Source: Yuukianura sp. NJ FZ-2021
Lineage: Eukaryota
Direction: 5' to 3'
Length of the DNA: 64,000 nt
NCBI GenBank assembly: GCA_046563655.1
Contig: JAJCTO010000010.1
Location: forward strand, 930,001 to 994,000
Within the stretch, counting starts at the first letter, position 1. Each line of letters opens with the position of its first letter. Positions 1-9,300 of this stretch are shown here, piece by piece. Below the pieces are notes generated by a model. It was not told where the DNA came from. It saw nothing but the letters and a program-made list of their open reading frames with translations, and made no database searches. Made by a program: the position numbers and the translations under genes.

Positions 1-338
1 TCGCGTTCTAAGGGGAAGGATGTGTGGAGATTCATATAGATGATGGATTGAGGGCCACCGTCTGGACTACAGCCAACGTGACTTTCTTGCGTGTGCTTAT
101 ACATCATGGCCAATGTCCAGTGGGTTAGTTGGTTGGTATTATTGATAGGATATTTGTCCAGGGAAAGTTGTTGGGATTTTTCAACCGAAGGCGGATCCTC
201 AATCAAAAGTTGGTGGAGGTCCGCGTCGGTATTATTGAGTAGGGCTACCAATTGGTTGTCATTCACGGCGATGATCTTAGCGCGGCAAACGGTAACACAC
301 AATAGGGTGATGCCAAGAAAGATGTTTGAGAAGGCCAT
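1..338 (-). CDS. Env-like paralog 4, partial (runs off window; not in the ORF track)
   Basis: Hand translation from ATG at 338 is open to the edge: MAFSNIFLGITLLCVTVCRA-KIIAVNDNQ...THWTLAMM...VGCSP. It has a signal peptide and the WTL motif shared with paralogs 2 and 3 (IWTLG). A pyrimidine-rich AG acceptor lies just upstream. Confidence 0.6.
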   Translation of the reverse strand, partial: MAFSNIFLGITLLCVTVCRAKIIAVNDNQLVALLNNTDADLHQLLIEDPPSVEKSQQLSLDKYPINNTNQLTHWTLAMMYKHTQESHVGCSPDGGPQSIIYMNLHTSFPLER

Positions 339-596
339 TGTGTACTTAAAAGAAAATGATTCACATAATTAAGACTAAGTTATCACATACACTAAATTGT
401 ATACTAAAGAATTTGAAAACCCGAGAAGGAAAATATGACCTATCAGCAATAGAAAAGGAAAAAAGGTAGAGACTTGCCAATTGTCAGAAGTGGTGCTATT
501 GAAACCCAAATTTTGTTAAAAATATGGTTGAATAAACAGATTACATTGAACTAGAAAAGACTAAACAGTGTACGAAAGGTGTGTAAAGATAGTTGG

Positions 597-2159
597 TTAG
601 ATGTGGTTGAGTAGATCCGTCGAACGCGACTGAGCAGTCGTGATGACTGGTGGGTCCTTATATACCTGTTGCTGCTCAGCTTGATTACCTTCGACTTCTG
701 GGTGCGGTCGCGTTAACAAAACCTGATAGAAGTGGGGTTCAAAAAAGTGGTTCTGTGCTCGACGTGTAGTATGGGAGTCTGGAAATTCTGGTTCGGAATT
801 ATGGTCGTGTGCCGTCACCATGTGGTGGTTCTGTTCGAGTACGGCGGGATAGAAGGGTTGGCTGGCCTGCTCCAAAAGTTGATCATGGGCTCCCCTCATG
901 TCTTCCTCTCCCTCATGATACAGAAAAATCGGAGGTCTGGAGCCATTACGGTGTGTTGTGAGCCCTGAATCGATGCTGTAATTTGGATAATTGTCCCATT
1001 GCGGGGAAATCGCCCAAGGATTGAGGCTGAATCGCTCCGGGTTTCCGCCAAAATTGTGAGACGAAGTTTTGGGGGTGACAGTTTCCTTATCAGCAGTTGG
1101 GACATATTCCCAATCCTGATCGGCTTCATTGGTATGGTACTGGACGGTGTGGGGTACGGATCCTGTCTCACAAGAGCTAATGTGTAAAATTTTTAAAAAT
1201 GACTGGCGTCCAAGTCGTACAGTTTCATACAGATGACGAAACTTCATATCGATGTGAAATTTTGCGGTGGTGTCAATTGTATCTTGTGTGGATGTATCCA
1301 ACTGGTTCGTCTCTTCGACTATTCCGCGACAAAGACCGAGTCTCGCTCCGCATGTGTCCACTTTGGTGTCCTGGTAATCCTGGACACTTAATCCAAATTC
1401 TGGACAAATGAGACTAGTGGGATTAATGTAGCATTCCGATGCTACTCGTTTCTGGAGCGTGCAGTTGGTATTCGCCTCGCCGTAGATTCGCCAAATAACG
1501 ACTCCGGTGGACGAGTAGCAAACATGGGAATCAAAAGGACAGTCGTTTTGTAAACCTTGTACATCGTGTGACCGAATAAATCCTGTGTATTGGTCATAGG
1601 AAATCTGTATTTCGGTGACGAAGTAGTTGACAATTCGATATCCCCAAGCTTTGGATGATCGGAACTGAGTGTCATTTGTTAAAAGTAGATTCTTTGTGCC
1701 ACGAGTGGTTTGGTTGATGGTAGACAATGGCCATCCCAGTGGATCAAATCCAGAGTTGATGAGATGAGCGCATTGATGCGGTTGTAAGTCGTCGGGTTTG
1801 GAAATGACAGTAGTTTTAAATGGCATCAGACTACTGGGCGTGCGAATGACCTCTGTTGTTTCCTTGACGCAGTGGTAGGCAGTAACACTGCGGGATGGGT
1901 GTTGAGTGCTCCAGAAAGCAGCGGAAACTAGAATGGAGTTCGAAAGTAAGTATGGGCAGGAGTCTGGCCTGGATTTCAAGACCCCCAGTGTCCAAATCCG
2001 GGGAGGCGGAGTAGGCTCCGTAGTAGTACTGTCAAGACGTTCGTTAATGTGTAAGATGTGATTTTCAGGATCAACATGCACCGCCAGGGCTCGGGTATCC
2101 GCTGTACTCCAACGGTACCAATTGCTAAGCACAAAAAGGGTAAGTAGTAACGGCGGCAT
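597..2159 (-). CDS. Env-like paralog 3: secreted, TM-less class III fusion-protein homolog
   Basis: Probable ATG at 2159 (MPPLLLTLFVLS signal peptide). The Cys pattern matches env: AYHC, QCAHL, VNYFVTEIQI, CPFDSHVCYSSTGVVIW, CTLQKRVASECYINPTSLICPE, helix HIDMKFRHLYE...SSC. The C-terminus is polar with no TM. Confidence 0.75.
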   Translation of the reverse strand: MPPLLLTLFVLSNWYRWSTADTRALAVHVDPENHILHINERLDSTTTEPTPPPRIWTLGVLKSRPDSCPYLLSNSILVSAAFWSTQHPSRSVTAYHCVKETTEVIRTPSSLMPFKTTVISKPDDLQPHQCAHLINSGFDPLGWPLSTINQTTRGTKNLLLTNDTQFRSSKAWGYRIVNYFVTEIQISYDQYTGFIRSHDVQGLQNDCPFDSHVCYSSTGVVIWRIYGEANTNCTLQKRVASECYINPTSLICPEFGLSVQDYQDTKVDTCGARLGLCRGIVEETNQLDTSTQDTIDTTAKFHIDMKFRHLYETVRLGRQSFLKILHISSCETGSVPHTVQYHTNEADQDWEYVPTADKETVTPKTSSHNFGGNPERFSLNPWAISPQWDNYPNYSIDSGLTTHRNGSRPPIFLYHEGEEDMRGAHDQLLEQASQPFYPAVLEQNHHMVTAHDHNSEPEFPDSHTTRRAQNHFFEPHFYQVLLTRPHPEVEGNQAEQQQVYKDPPVITTAQSRSTDLLNHI

Positions 2160-2245
2160 AGTCTTTCTGCATGCCACGGAGTTGAGTGTGAAGCGTTGGT
2201 GTCGCGAAAGCAAACTAACCGGAGGTTGGAGAGAGGAAGAAGTAT

Positions 2246-3253
2246 TTAACACTTTTCGAGTGGAACAGCGTGGATGACTGCAGGGGATAAATGCTGTAAA
2301 CTGGCATGTATGCGGGAGAAGTTAGTGTCAATTTGAAACTGGTCCAGACTGGAAGGACTGGGTGGGCTAGAGGGCTGTACGATGAGTCGAACAAACATAG
2401 GCCGACTGGATAACGGAGAAGATTGTAGTGCTGTTACTGCCACTGAAGATAAGGGGCAATAGATGGTGTGAAGCTGAACCAAGCAGAGGTGATCTAGGTG
2501 AAGATCTATCTGGCACTGTTTTCGTTGCCATGGCGCGGGTGTAGGTGAGACGCGGTTAAACAACACTCCATTAGGAAAAGGACAAATTGCTTGAGTAGTA
2601 CTACAATTAAAGATCGTAGTGTTAGAGGACGGGAGCACTAATGTGGAATTAGAAAAACGGTGTACGGTAGGAAGAACGAATTGTAAATGAATATCTTTGT
2701 ACACCGCTTTACTGCGTTGTTGGCTGTCGAATTCTGTTTGCAGGATTTGACTTCTGTCCTGGAAATGAAGGAGGCGATTTTGTGGCTTCACCCAGGTGCT
2801 GTATACGGGGGATAGGCTGCTGTGATTGTGGATTACACCAGGTGGCAAAATGTCATCAGAGATTATTGAAAGTGGGTTTCCATTCAGACTTTGAAACGTG
2901 TGGAGGGCATGCCAACAGTAATCAACGGGAATATTCTCGGGGGGATGTTCGTGGAAAGTGTGCACAATATGACCAGTAGAATTTCGTTCGATGGTGGTTA
3001 ACGTGTACGTACAAACGTACGCCCCTTGGGAAGTAAAAGACGGTGTAAATTTGATGATTCGTAACGTGGCGACATAAGTGTTGGCTAACAAAAAAGTTCG
3101 CGGGCTATGCAAATGGTAGGCTTTGCCGAGGGTCCAAATGGGTTCTGTATGCTGGAGATGGAAACGAGAGAATGCTAGACCGTACGGGACATAGGAAAAA
3201 CAGATATAGATTGTCGGTAGAAGGAAAAAATACTCGTAGGATAAAGTAAACAT
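2246..3253 (-). CDS. Env-like paralog 2: short secreted class III fusion-protein homolog
   Basis: Hydrophobic N-terminus. AYVCTYTLTT, YCWHALHTFQSLNG, CSTTQAICPFPNGVLF and CQIDLHLDHLCLVQLHTIYCP align with the env N-terminal half. The ORF ends around the central helix with no TM. Confidence 0.72.
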   Translation of the reverse strand: MFTLSYEYFFLLPTIYICFSYVPYGLAFSRFHLQHTEPIWTLGKAYHLHSPRTFLLANTYVATLRIIKFTPSFTSQGAYVCTYTLTTIERNSTGHIVHTFHEHPPENIPVDYCWHALHTFQSLNGNPLSIISDDILPPGVIHNHSSLSPVYSTWVKPQNRLLHFQDRSQILQTEFDSQQRSKAVYKDIHLQFVLPTVHRFSNSTLVLPSSNTTIFNCSTTQAICPFPNGVLFNRVSPTPAPWQRKQCQIDLHLDHLCLVQLHTIYCPLSSVAVTALQSSPLSSRPMFVRLIVQPSSPPSPSSLDQFQIDTNFSRIHASLQHLSPAVIHAVPLEKC

Positions 3254-3322
3254 AAAATAGGAAGTGTAGGAAGTTCCGATACGCGAGTCGTCTGGAAATA
3301 GTGTGATGGTGATAGGGGAGGC

Positions 3323-6181
3323 TTATTGTAGCTGGGGGTGTCCCGTCCAGAGAAAGCCGGAAAAGGGGGCCTGTTCCTGTTGGTTCACCGGATAGTAAAC
3401 TTGTCCCGCGAGAACTGCAGTTCGACCAGCCAGGGTGGAAGTGTACTCAGGGTTTGGATGAGATAAAGACTGATACGGTGGTAAAAAAGCATCCTCTTCT
3501 GTTTGTACCTCCTGATCATCTCTATTTGGGGCTGACGTCTCGAGATAATTCATTTCTATGGCGGCGACTTGATGATGGGTCCTGGGAGGAGTTGAGTGAC
3601 GGCTACAAATGTGTCGCCAGACTCTCCTCCCTGCGTGCATAATGTTTTGGTTGTACCGAACTGCACCGTACAACACTAAAATGAAAACAGTTAACGTCAG
3701 GAGGCCTGCGACTACGTTGGTTGCCCACCGTTTAATGGGGTCAAGGGTCCAGCTCTGTACGGCATCAGCTACTTGCTGTTGAGGCTCTGACCATTTTTGC
3801 CCTTGCATCCGCGCTTTAAAAACGTTGTCCACCGTGATTGGAGCCCGAAGTTGTCGTAGTATCGAGAGGAGTGACTCGGAACCCGTCGCTTGCCGTACTG
3901 CAATTGTGCCTGGATTTGAAAACGTAATGGCGGACAGCGGTTGATTCTGAACTTTATTAGTAAATGGAAGAGGTAAAACCGGCATTTGAATGGCAGTGGT
4001 AGTATCGTTGTTGAGAAGAAGCATTTTGGATCCGATATTGAAATAAAATGGGACCCGGTCTTCGCATGGGATAAATTCTGGTTCCAATGTTATGTGTCGA
4101 GAGAGTTGATTCAGATATCCGTCGACTTTCTGGTGATGGTAAAGAAATGTGATGGGCATATTCAAGGTACAATTTCCGTCTTCGTTTTGGGGTCGAAAGT
4201 GGTAGGAGTCAATTTCCTGGCATCGTGTCAGGGAGATGGCATCGCCATGTAATTTGGAAATGTAACGTTGATCTTTTAGTAATAGTCGAGCCACCACATT
4301 GGGATCGTTTTGTTCGGCTAGGTACGTCGCGACGCTGAGGATGGACTGTTGGTTGATACATGTTTGAAATACGACATTTTGAATGGCGTAGGTGACATTG
4401 TTGCGCAGCATATCGTAAAGATATTGTAAACGGCCATTTACGTGCGAGGCGACCAGGAGAGTGTCTTCGGTTGGTATGGGAGGCGGCCGTGGGGAGGTGG
4501 AAGAAATCATGTGTAAAATATCCTCATCTGTACCTTGATAGATGAGTGAGCCTTTGTAAGGGTACCGATGGGGCGGTGTTGGAAATTGGGGAAATGGGGT
4601 TCGAGACTCTGGTTCGGGCCTAGGACGTGCAGGTGGTGAACCCGAAACAACTGGCTTAGAAGAGGAATACGTGTGTACTGGTTCTATAGGTGGTGGGTTG
4701 ACTGTACTGCGTTCTGCCGAAGGAGATGTAATGAAGGTTGGTTTTGGGGTAGTTGAAGGAATAGTAGATGATGGCTCGTCAGGATTTGAACCCATCCATT
4801 CAGTTTGAATCGCAAGTTCTTCCTGAGGAGAAATCCTGCCCGCCGTCGGATTGTGACGAGTCGATTCGTCTTGTGCCGGTATGTGCGGTTTTAATGTGTG
4901 CGTTAGGGGAAGGTGTGTATGAAATCTGTGATTTTCCAGAGGTATTGGAATCGCAATGGGTAAGGAACCACTTTGGTCAATGTCCAGAATAGTGTCAGTA
5001 GTAGTAGAGGATATAGCTGGAATGGAATTAAGAGTAGAAAGTGAGTCAAAGGAAGTGGAAGGCCGAGATGTAGTCGAAAATGGTAACGCCTTTGGGCCAG
5101 GACCCAAATTAGTGCTGTAATCCATAATGAGAACATCCAGCGGATCTGTTGGAGCTGCTGTGGGTTGTAACTTGGGGAGGGGTGGTGCTCGTCTCCCCGG
5201 TCCATATCGAGTATCGGAAATAATAGAGAAGTCGTTAGTGTGTAGTGTGTCTCGTCTCTGGCGTGGGTATCGGTCAGCTAAGAGATGGACTCGTGTGGCT
5301 CGTTCGAAGTCTTCGGTACTGGACAGTGGAATAGGGAAGCTATCTGCGTGTACTGGTGAATACATGGCACCTCCTGCTCCGGTTCCCATCAACAAGTCAC
5401 AGTAGGGAATAGAGCGTATATTTGGAATGCTCATCGTAATTTCCGGGCATGATAAATGGTTTTCATTAGAAAGGATACAATCAGTTTGGAAGGCTTTTTG
5501 TATACGGCACGTTTTGAACAAATTACTAGACCAGACGATAACTGACCCCAAAATGCCAGGACAACTTTCCGCAGTGTAATCACATGAGGCAGCTAAAGGG
5601 ACTGGTGCGACAATACTAGCATCGAAGTTGCTGGCTGTGATGGTGATCGAAGAATAATAGAAATTGGTTACGCTTTTGGTTACAGTTTTGGGCCAAACGT
5701 AGTCAATGTCCACCACATGGGAGGTGCCCCAAAGGCCATCAGCAAGTGCTGTCATTGCTGATCCATCCGGAGATTTGGTAGTCTCAACCATTTTCATACA
5801 TTCGTCCCGTGTGACAACGCGTGGTTCCTCCCAGGAGTCCCGGGAGTGACTCAGCCAAAAGAAGTAACTTCGGGTTTCAGTAGTTGTGGTTGCCTTACAC
5901 AGCCATGCTCGCACAGAATGGCTGTTGGGGTTGTCGACCCATACCGTGATTGGCACAATCCGAGTCGGAGTAACAAGCTCAGCCAATTCGCATGTAGGCA
6001 TCTCGGGAAGGCGATAAGTAAGTGATCCAACGTTAGGGTCACAGAAGTAGAGTGTTGGTTGTTTCGGAGCTAAAGATGAAAAATAAACCCGATGTAACGC
6101 CTCATCTTCGGCAGAAGGGAGCGCACCGTGAATCGTGGAGAGGTGTAGAAGAAGAAGTAACTCGAAGAACAGAAGTTGCAT
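3323..6181 (-). CDS. env: Envelope glycoprotein, class III (herpesvirus gB-like) fusogen
   Basis: Signal peptide; aromatic putative fusion loops (SYFFWLS, DYVWP); furin site RYPRQRR; S/T/P-rich insert; gB-like motifs RLQYLYD...TC, ARLLL...LHGDAISLTRC, CTLNMPITF...GYL, FIPC...FYF; C-terminal TM VVAGLLTLTVFILVLYGAV. Lies directly 3' of pol. Confidence 0.85.
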   Translation of the reverse strand: MQLLFFELLLLLHLSTIHGALPSAEDEALHRVYFSSLAPKQPTLYFCDPNVGSLTYRLPEMPTCELAELVTPTRIVPITVWVDNPNSHSVRAWLCKATTTTETRSYFFWLSHSRDSWEEPRVVTRDECMKMVETTKSPDGSAMTALADGLWGTSHVVDIDYVWPKTVTKSVTNFYYSSITITASNFDASIVAPVPLAASCDYTAESCPGILGSVIVWSSNLFKTCRIQKAFQTDCILSNENHLSCPEITMSIPNIRSIPYCDLLMGTGAGGAMYSPVHADSFPIPLSSTEDFERATRVHLLADRYPRQRRDTLHTNDFSIISDTRYGPGRRAPPLPKLQPTAAPTDPLDVLIMDYSTNLGPGPKALPFSTTSRPSTSFDSLSTLNSIPAISSTTTDTILDIDQSGSLPIAIPIPLENHRFHTHLPLTHTLKPHIPAQDESTRHNPTAGRISPQEELAIQTEWMGSNPDEPSSTIPSTTPKPTFITSPSAERSTVNPPPIEPVHTYSSSKPVVSGSPPARPRPEPESRTPFPQFPTPPHRYPYKGSLIYQGTDEDILHMISSTSPRPPPIPTEDTLLVASHVNGRLQYLYDMLRNNVTYAIQNVVFQTCINQQSILSVATYLAEQNDPNVVARLLLKDQRYISKLHGDAISLTRCQEIDSYHFRPQNEDGNCTLNMPITFLYHHQKVDGYLNQLSRHITLEPEFIPCEDRVPFYFNIGSKMLLLNNDTTTAIQMPVLPLPFTNKVQNQPLSAITFSNPGTIAVRQATGSESLLSILRQLRAPITVDNVFKARMQGQKWSEPQQQVADAVQSWTLDPIKRWATNVVAGLLTLTVFILVLYGAVRYNQNIMHAGRRVWRHICSRHSTPPRTHHQVAAIEMNYLETSAPNRDDQEVQTEEDAFLPPYQSLSHPNPEYTSTLAGRTAVLAGQVYYPVNQQEQAPFSGFLWTGHPQLQ

Positions 6182-6319
6182 GATGCTGTGTGATGATACA
6201 CTTGTAAGTGGAAAAGAGTTAGACTAAAGCGAAATTGATAAACGTAGCGTAAATTATGAACATGCACACCGTAAAGGTAACTACTAGTAAAAACTAAAAC
6301 TAAAAGTTTTATGGCCAAC

Positions 6320-9300
6320 TCAAAATTTAGAATAAGTAAGGCGATCCGGTGGTTTGGTGATCCTACGTGGTCGAGAGATTTCTCGCAACTGACACGACTC
6401 TGGGGTTTGTTGCTCAGATTTATCAGGATTGGAGTCCGGAGGAGAGGAGTTGAGGATAGGAGAAGGTGGAGGTGACTCTGAAGACATTGGAATGGCATGC
6501 GACCCTTTTTCTGACCATAATTCCTTGTGAAGGTCAGACTCCACATTTTCCATCTTATCCTCAGGTAAAGCAATGTCTGAAGCAGACAGACCTGAGCAAC
6601 GTGCTTGTTTCTGAAACCCATATTGCTCGGTTTTCAAGAACGTTAAAATTCGGTCCTTATGTTTGGATTGCGTTAAAATATGCATAAGACCCCCAAAAAC
6701 GGAAATATACATTCGATGATGCATTGAAGAGAGCAATAAAATGGAAAGAAAACACTCTTCCCAACCTTCGCCAATAATTAGAACGTCGGTAGACAGTAAT
6801 TTGTCTCGAAGTTCGATATATTTCCGGAGCGTGATCGGATTAACTATTTGATGAATAAAGAGACCCTCTGGAGTGGTCACTTGGACTTTAGTATTATTAG
6901 ATTTATGGACGTTAAACGTTATAGGGTGTGCAGAATTAATAAGAATAATATCAGTGAGCTTGTGTGTCAAACATAGTTGTAAAATTTGATCATCAGGAAT
7001 GCGCTCGTCAGTAACTTGTGCGTTTAAAACAAAGAAGTGGACGGGTAGCGTGCTACCGGCCAAAATATCGGTGGTGTGTCCCCACTCTTGAATTTGAAAG
7101 ATATATTCAATCAACTGATCGAAACATAGAATATCCTCTAGAAATTGTTCTGGGTCAACCATGATCTCTAAGGATTCTGTTTCCATTACATCGTCAATAC
7201 TAATTAGGCGCATTCGTCTTACGTGTGTCTTAAACTGTCTACCTGTAGTCGAACATTTGACGAGGTAGACATCCGGTCCCAGCTTCTGTAAGACTTCATA
7301 GGAACCCCAGTAGTAAGCAACCCATTTGGTGGTTTGTCCCCTCTCCCCTTGGCGTGGATATGTCAGGCGCACTTTATCTCCCACTTTGTAAAATACGGGC
7401 ATTCTGAACTTGTTAGCTTGTTCTTGGGTTTTCCTCTGCTGTTCTGCAATAGCAGTCCGGATTTGGGACCATAATTCTTGAAACGTCTGTTGTTTAGTGT
7501 AAAGGTCCCGATTGTCGATCTCCAACGGAGATGTGTATGGAAAAGTAGGTTGTTGATGAAACATGAGGGAGTGAGGAGAGTGGTATTTTAAAGATTTTAA
7601 AGGGGCCGTATTAAGGCAAAAATTAACATGACGTAAATTCTGTGACCAATTACTATGATTGTCGTTGACAAAACTGCGAATGATGGAATGGCATGTGGAG
7701 TGTGTACGTTCGGCCAAGGAGTTACCAGTTTTGCCATAATAAGTAACGTGTCTAATGCTTGTACCAAAAATTTGAGTAAAAGCCTTCAAGAATTCAGAAG
7801 TGTAGGAGCTACCGTTATCCGTATAAATGATACGTGGAGTAGAAAACCGCAAAAATACTTCATTTTCCCAAAATTTAGCAATGTCGGAAGACCGGATCTT
7901 TTTCAATGGGGCTAAGATAGTATATTTAGTCAGAAGACAGACCATGTTAATAATATATATAAAACCATTACTTGCCGCGACTGGTCCTAGAATGTCTGAT
8001 GCGCAACATTCCATTGGATAGTTACCGACAGGCAACTCACCCATCAACCCAGGTATCTTACCATAATGCCGCTTCATCTTACCGCATTTTTCACATGCTT
8101 GGATATGGTTAAGTAAATCTCGTTTCTGTGATGGCCAAGCATAAGCTCGAGAGAGACGTTGATACGTTTTCGTGAACCCCATGTGACCTGATATAATATT
8201 GTTATGAACTTCGTTGAGGATACATTTGCGTTGGACTACAGGTACGTAAACACGACTGAAGCCCTGACGCATGTCGTACAGAATGTCGTCTTTAATGATG
8301 TATCTGGCTCTGGTGTGAATATCATTTTTTAACCAAGCGGTTTTGATGCGAGTACATTCGGCGTCTGCGAGTTGTAGGGTTTTCCAATCAAATGAGTTGG
8401 TTTGACCAATCCATTCACTTTTAGCATCCCCCTCCTGAGTAAGAAAAATCTCGTGAACAAGGACTAACGCATCTGGAAGTATCGCACTATCCTCCGTGAG
8501 TGCATCGGACGGTGCTCGACTCAACATATCGGGAAAATCCATATTTCTACCTCGCCGATATTTGAGGTCGTAAGTATAACTCATCATAATAACAGCCCAT
8601 TTCGTAAGATCCCTGTTCCAGCGTTTAGCTGGTGTCAAGGAACTTTTAGCTTGCACCAACGGAAGAGAATCGGTAATGATTGTAAACTTGATATCCGAGA
8701 GGTACATATGAAAAACCGAACAACAAGTGACAATGGCATACATTTCTTTCATGAATGCTGGAAAATCTAACTGACGTCCTTTAAGCAGTGAGGAGTGATA
8801 AGCGACTGGTACTTCTAAGTCATCAACTGTCACTTGAATCAGTATGCCGCCAATACCAATATCACTGGCATCTGTGTACAGTCGCGTCTCCCTGTTTCGG
8901 TCAAACCAATGTAGTAATGGAGGGGAGGCTAACACTTTTTTAATTTCGTCAATTCTATCCTCATGAATTTTGTCCAATTTAAATGGTTTATCTTTCCGCA
9001 AAAGCTGGTACAAGGGCTGTGTGAGACTGGAAAAGTTTGGAATACTTCGACGAAACCAGTTAAAGCTGCCCAGAATCCGTTGTAACTTCTTAACTGTTGT
9101 GGGGTACGGGATTTGTTGAATGGCTTTCAACTTTTCAGGATTATGTCGAATGCCCTCCCTATTGACCAACAGCCCTAGCAATGGAACTTCAAAATAACCG
9201 AAGTAACACTTATGGATCGCTAATTTGACCCCATAGGCTCGTAGCCTTTCAAATGTTCGACGTAAATCAATTAAATGATTTGCCCAGGAATCACTACCCA

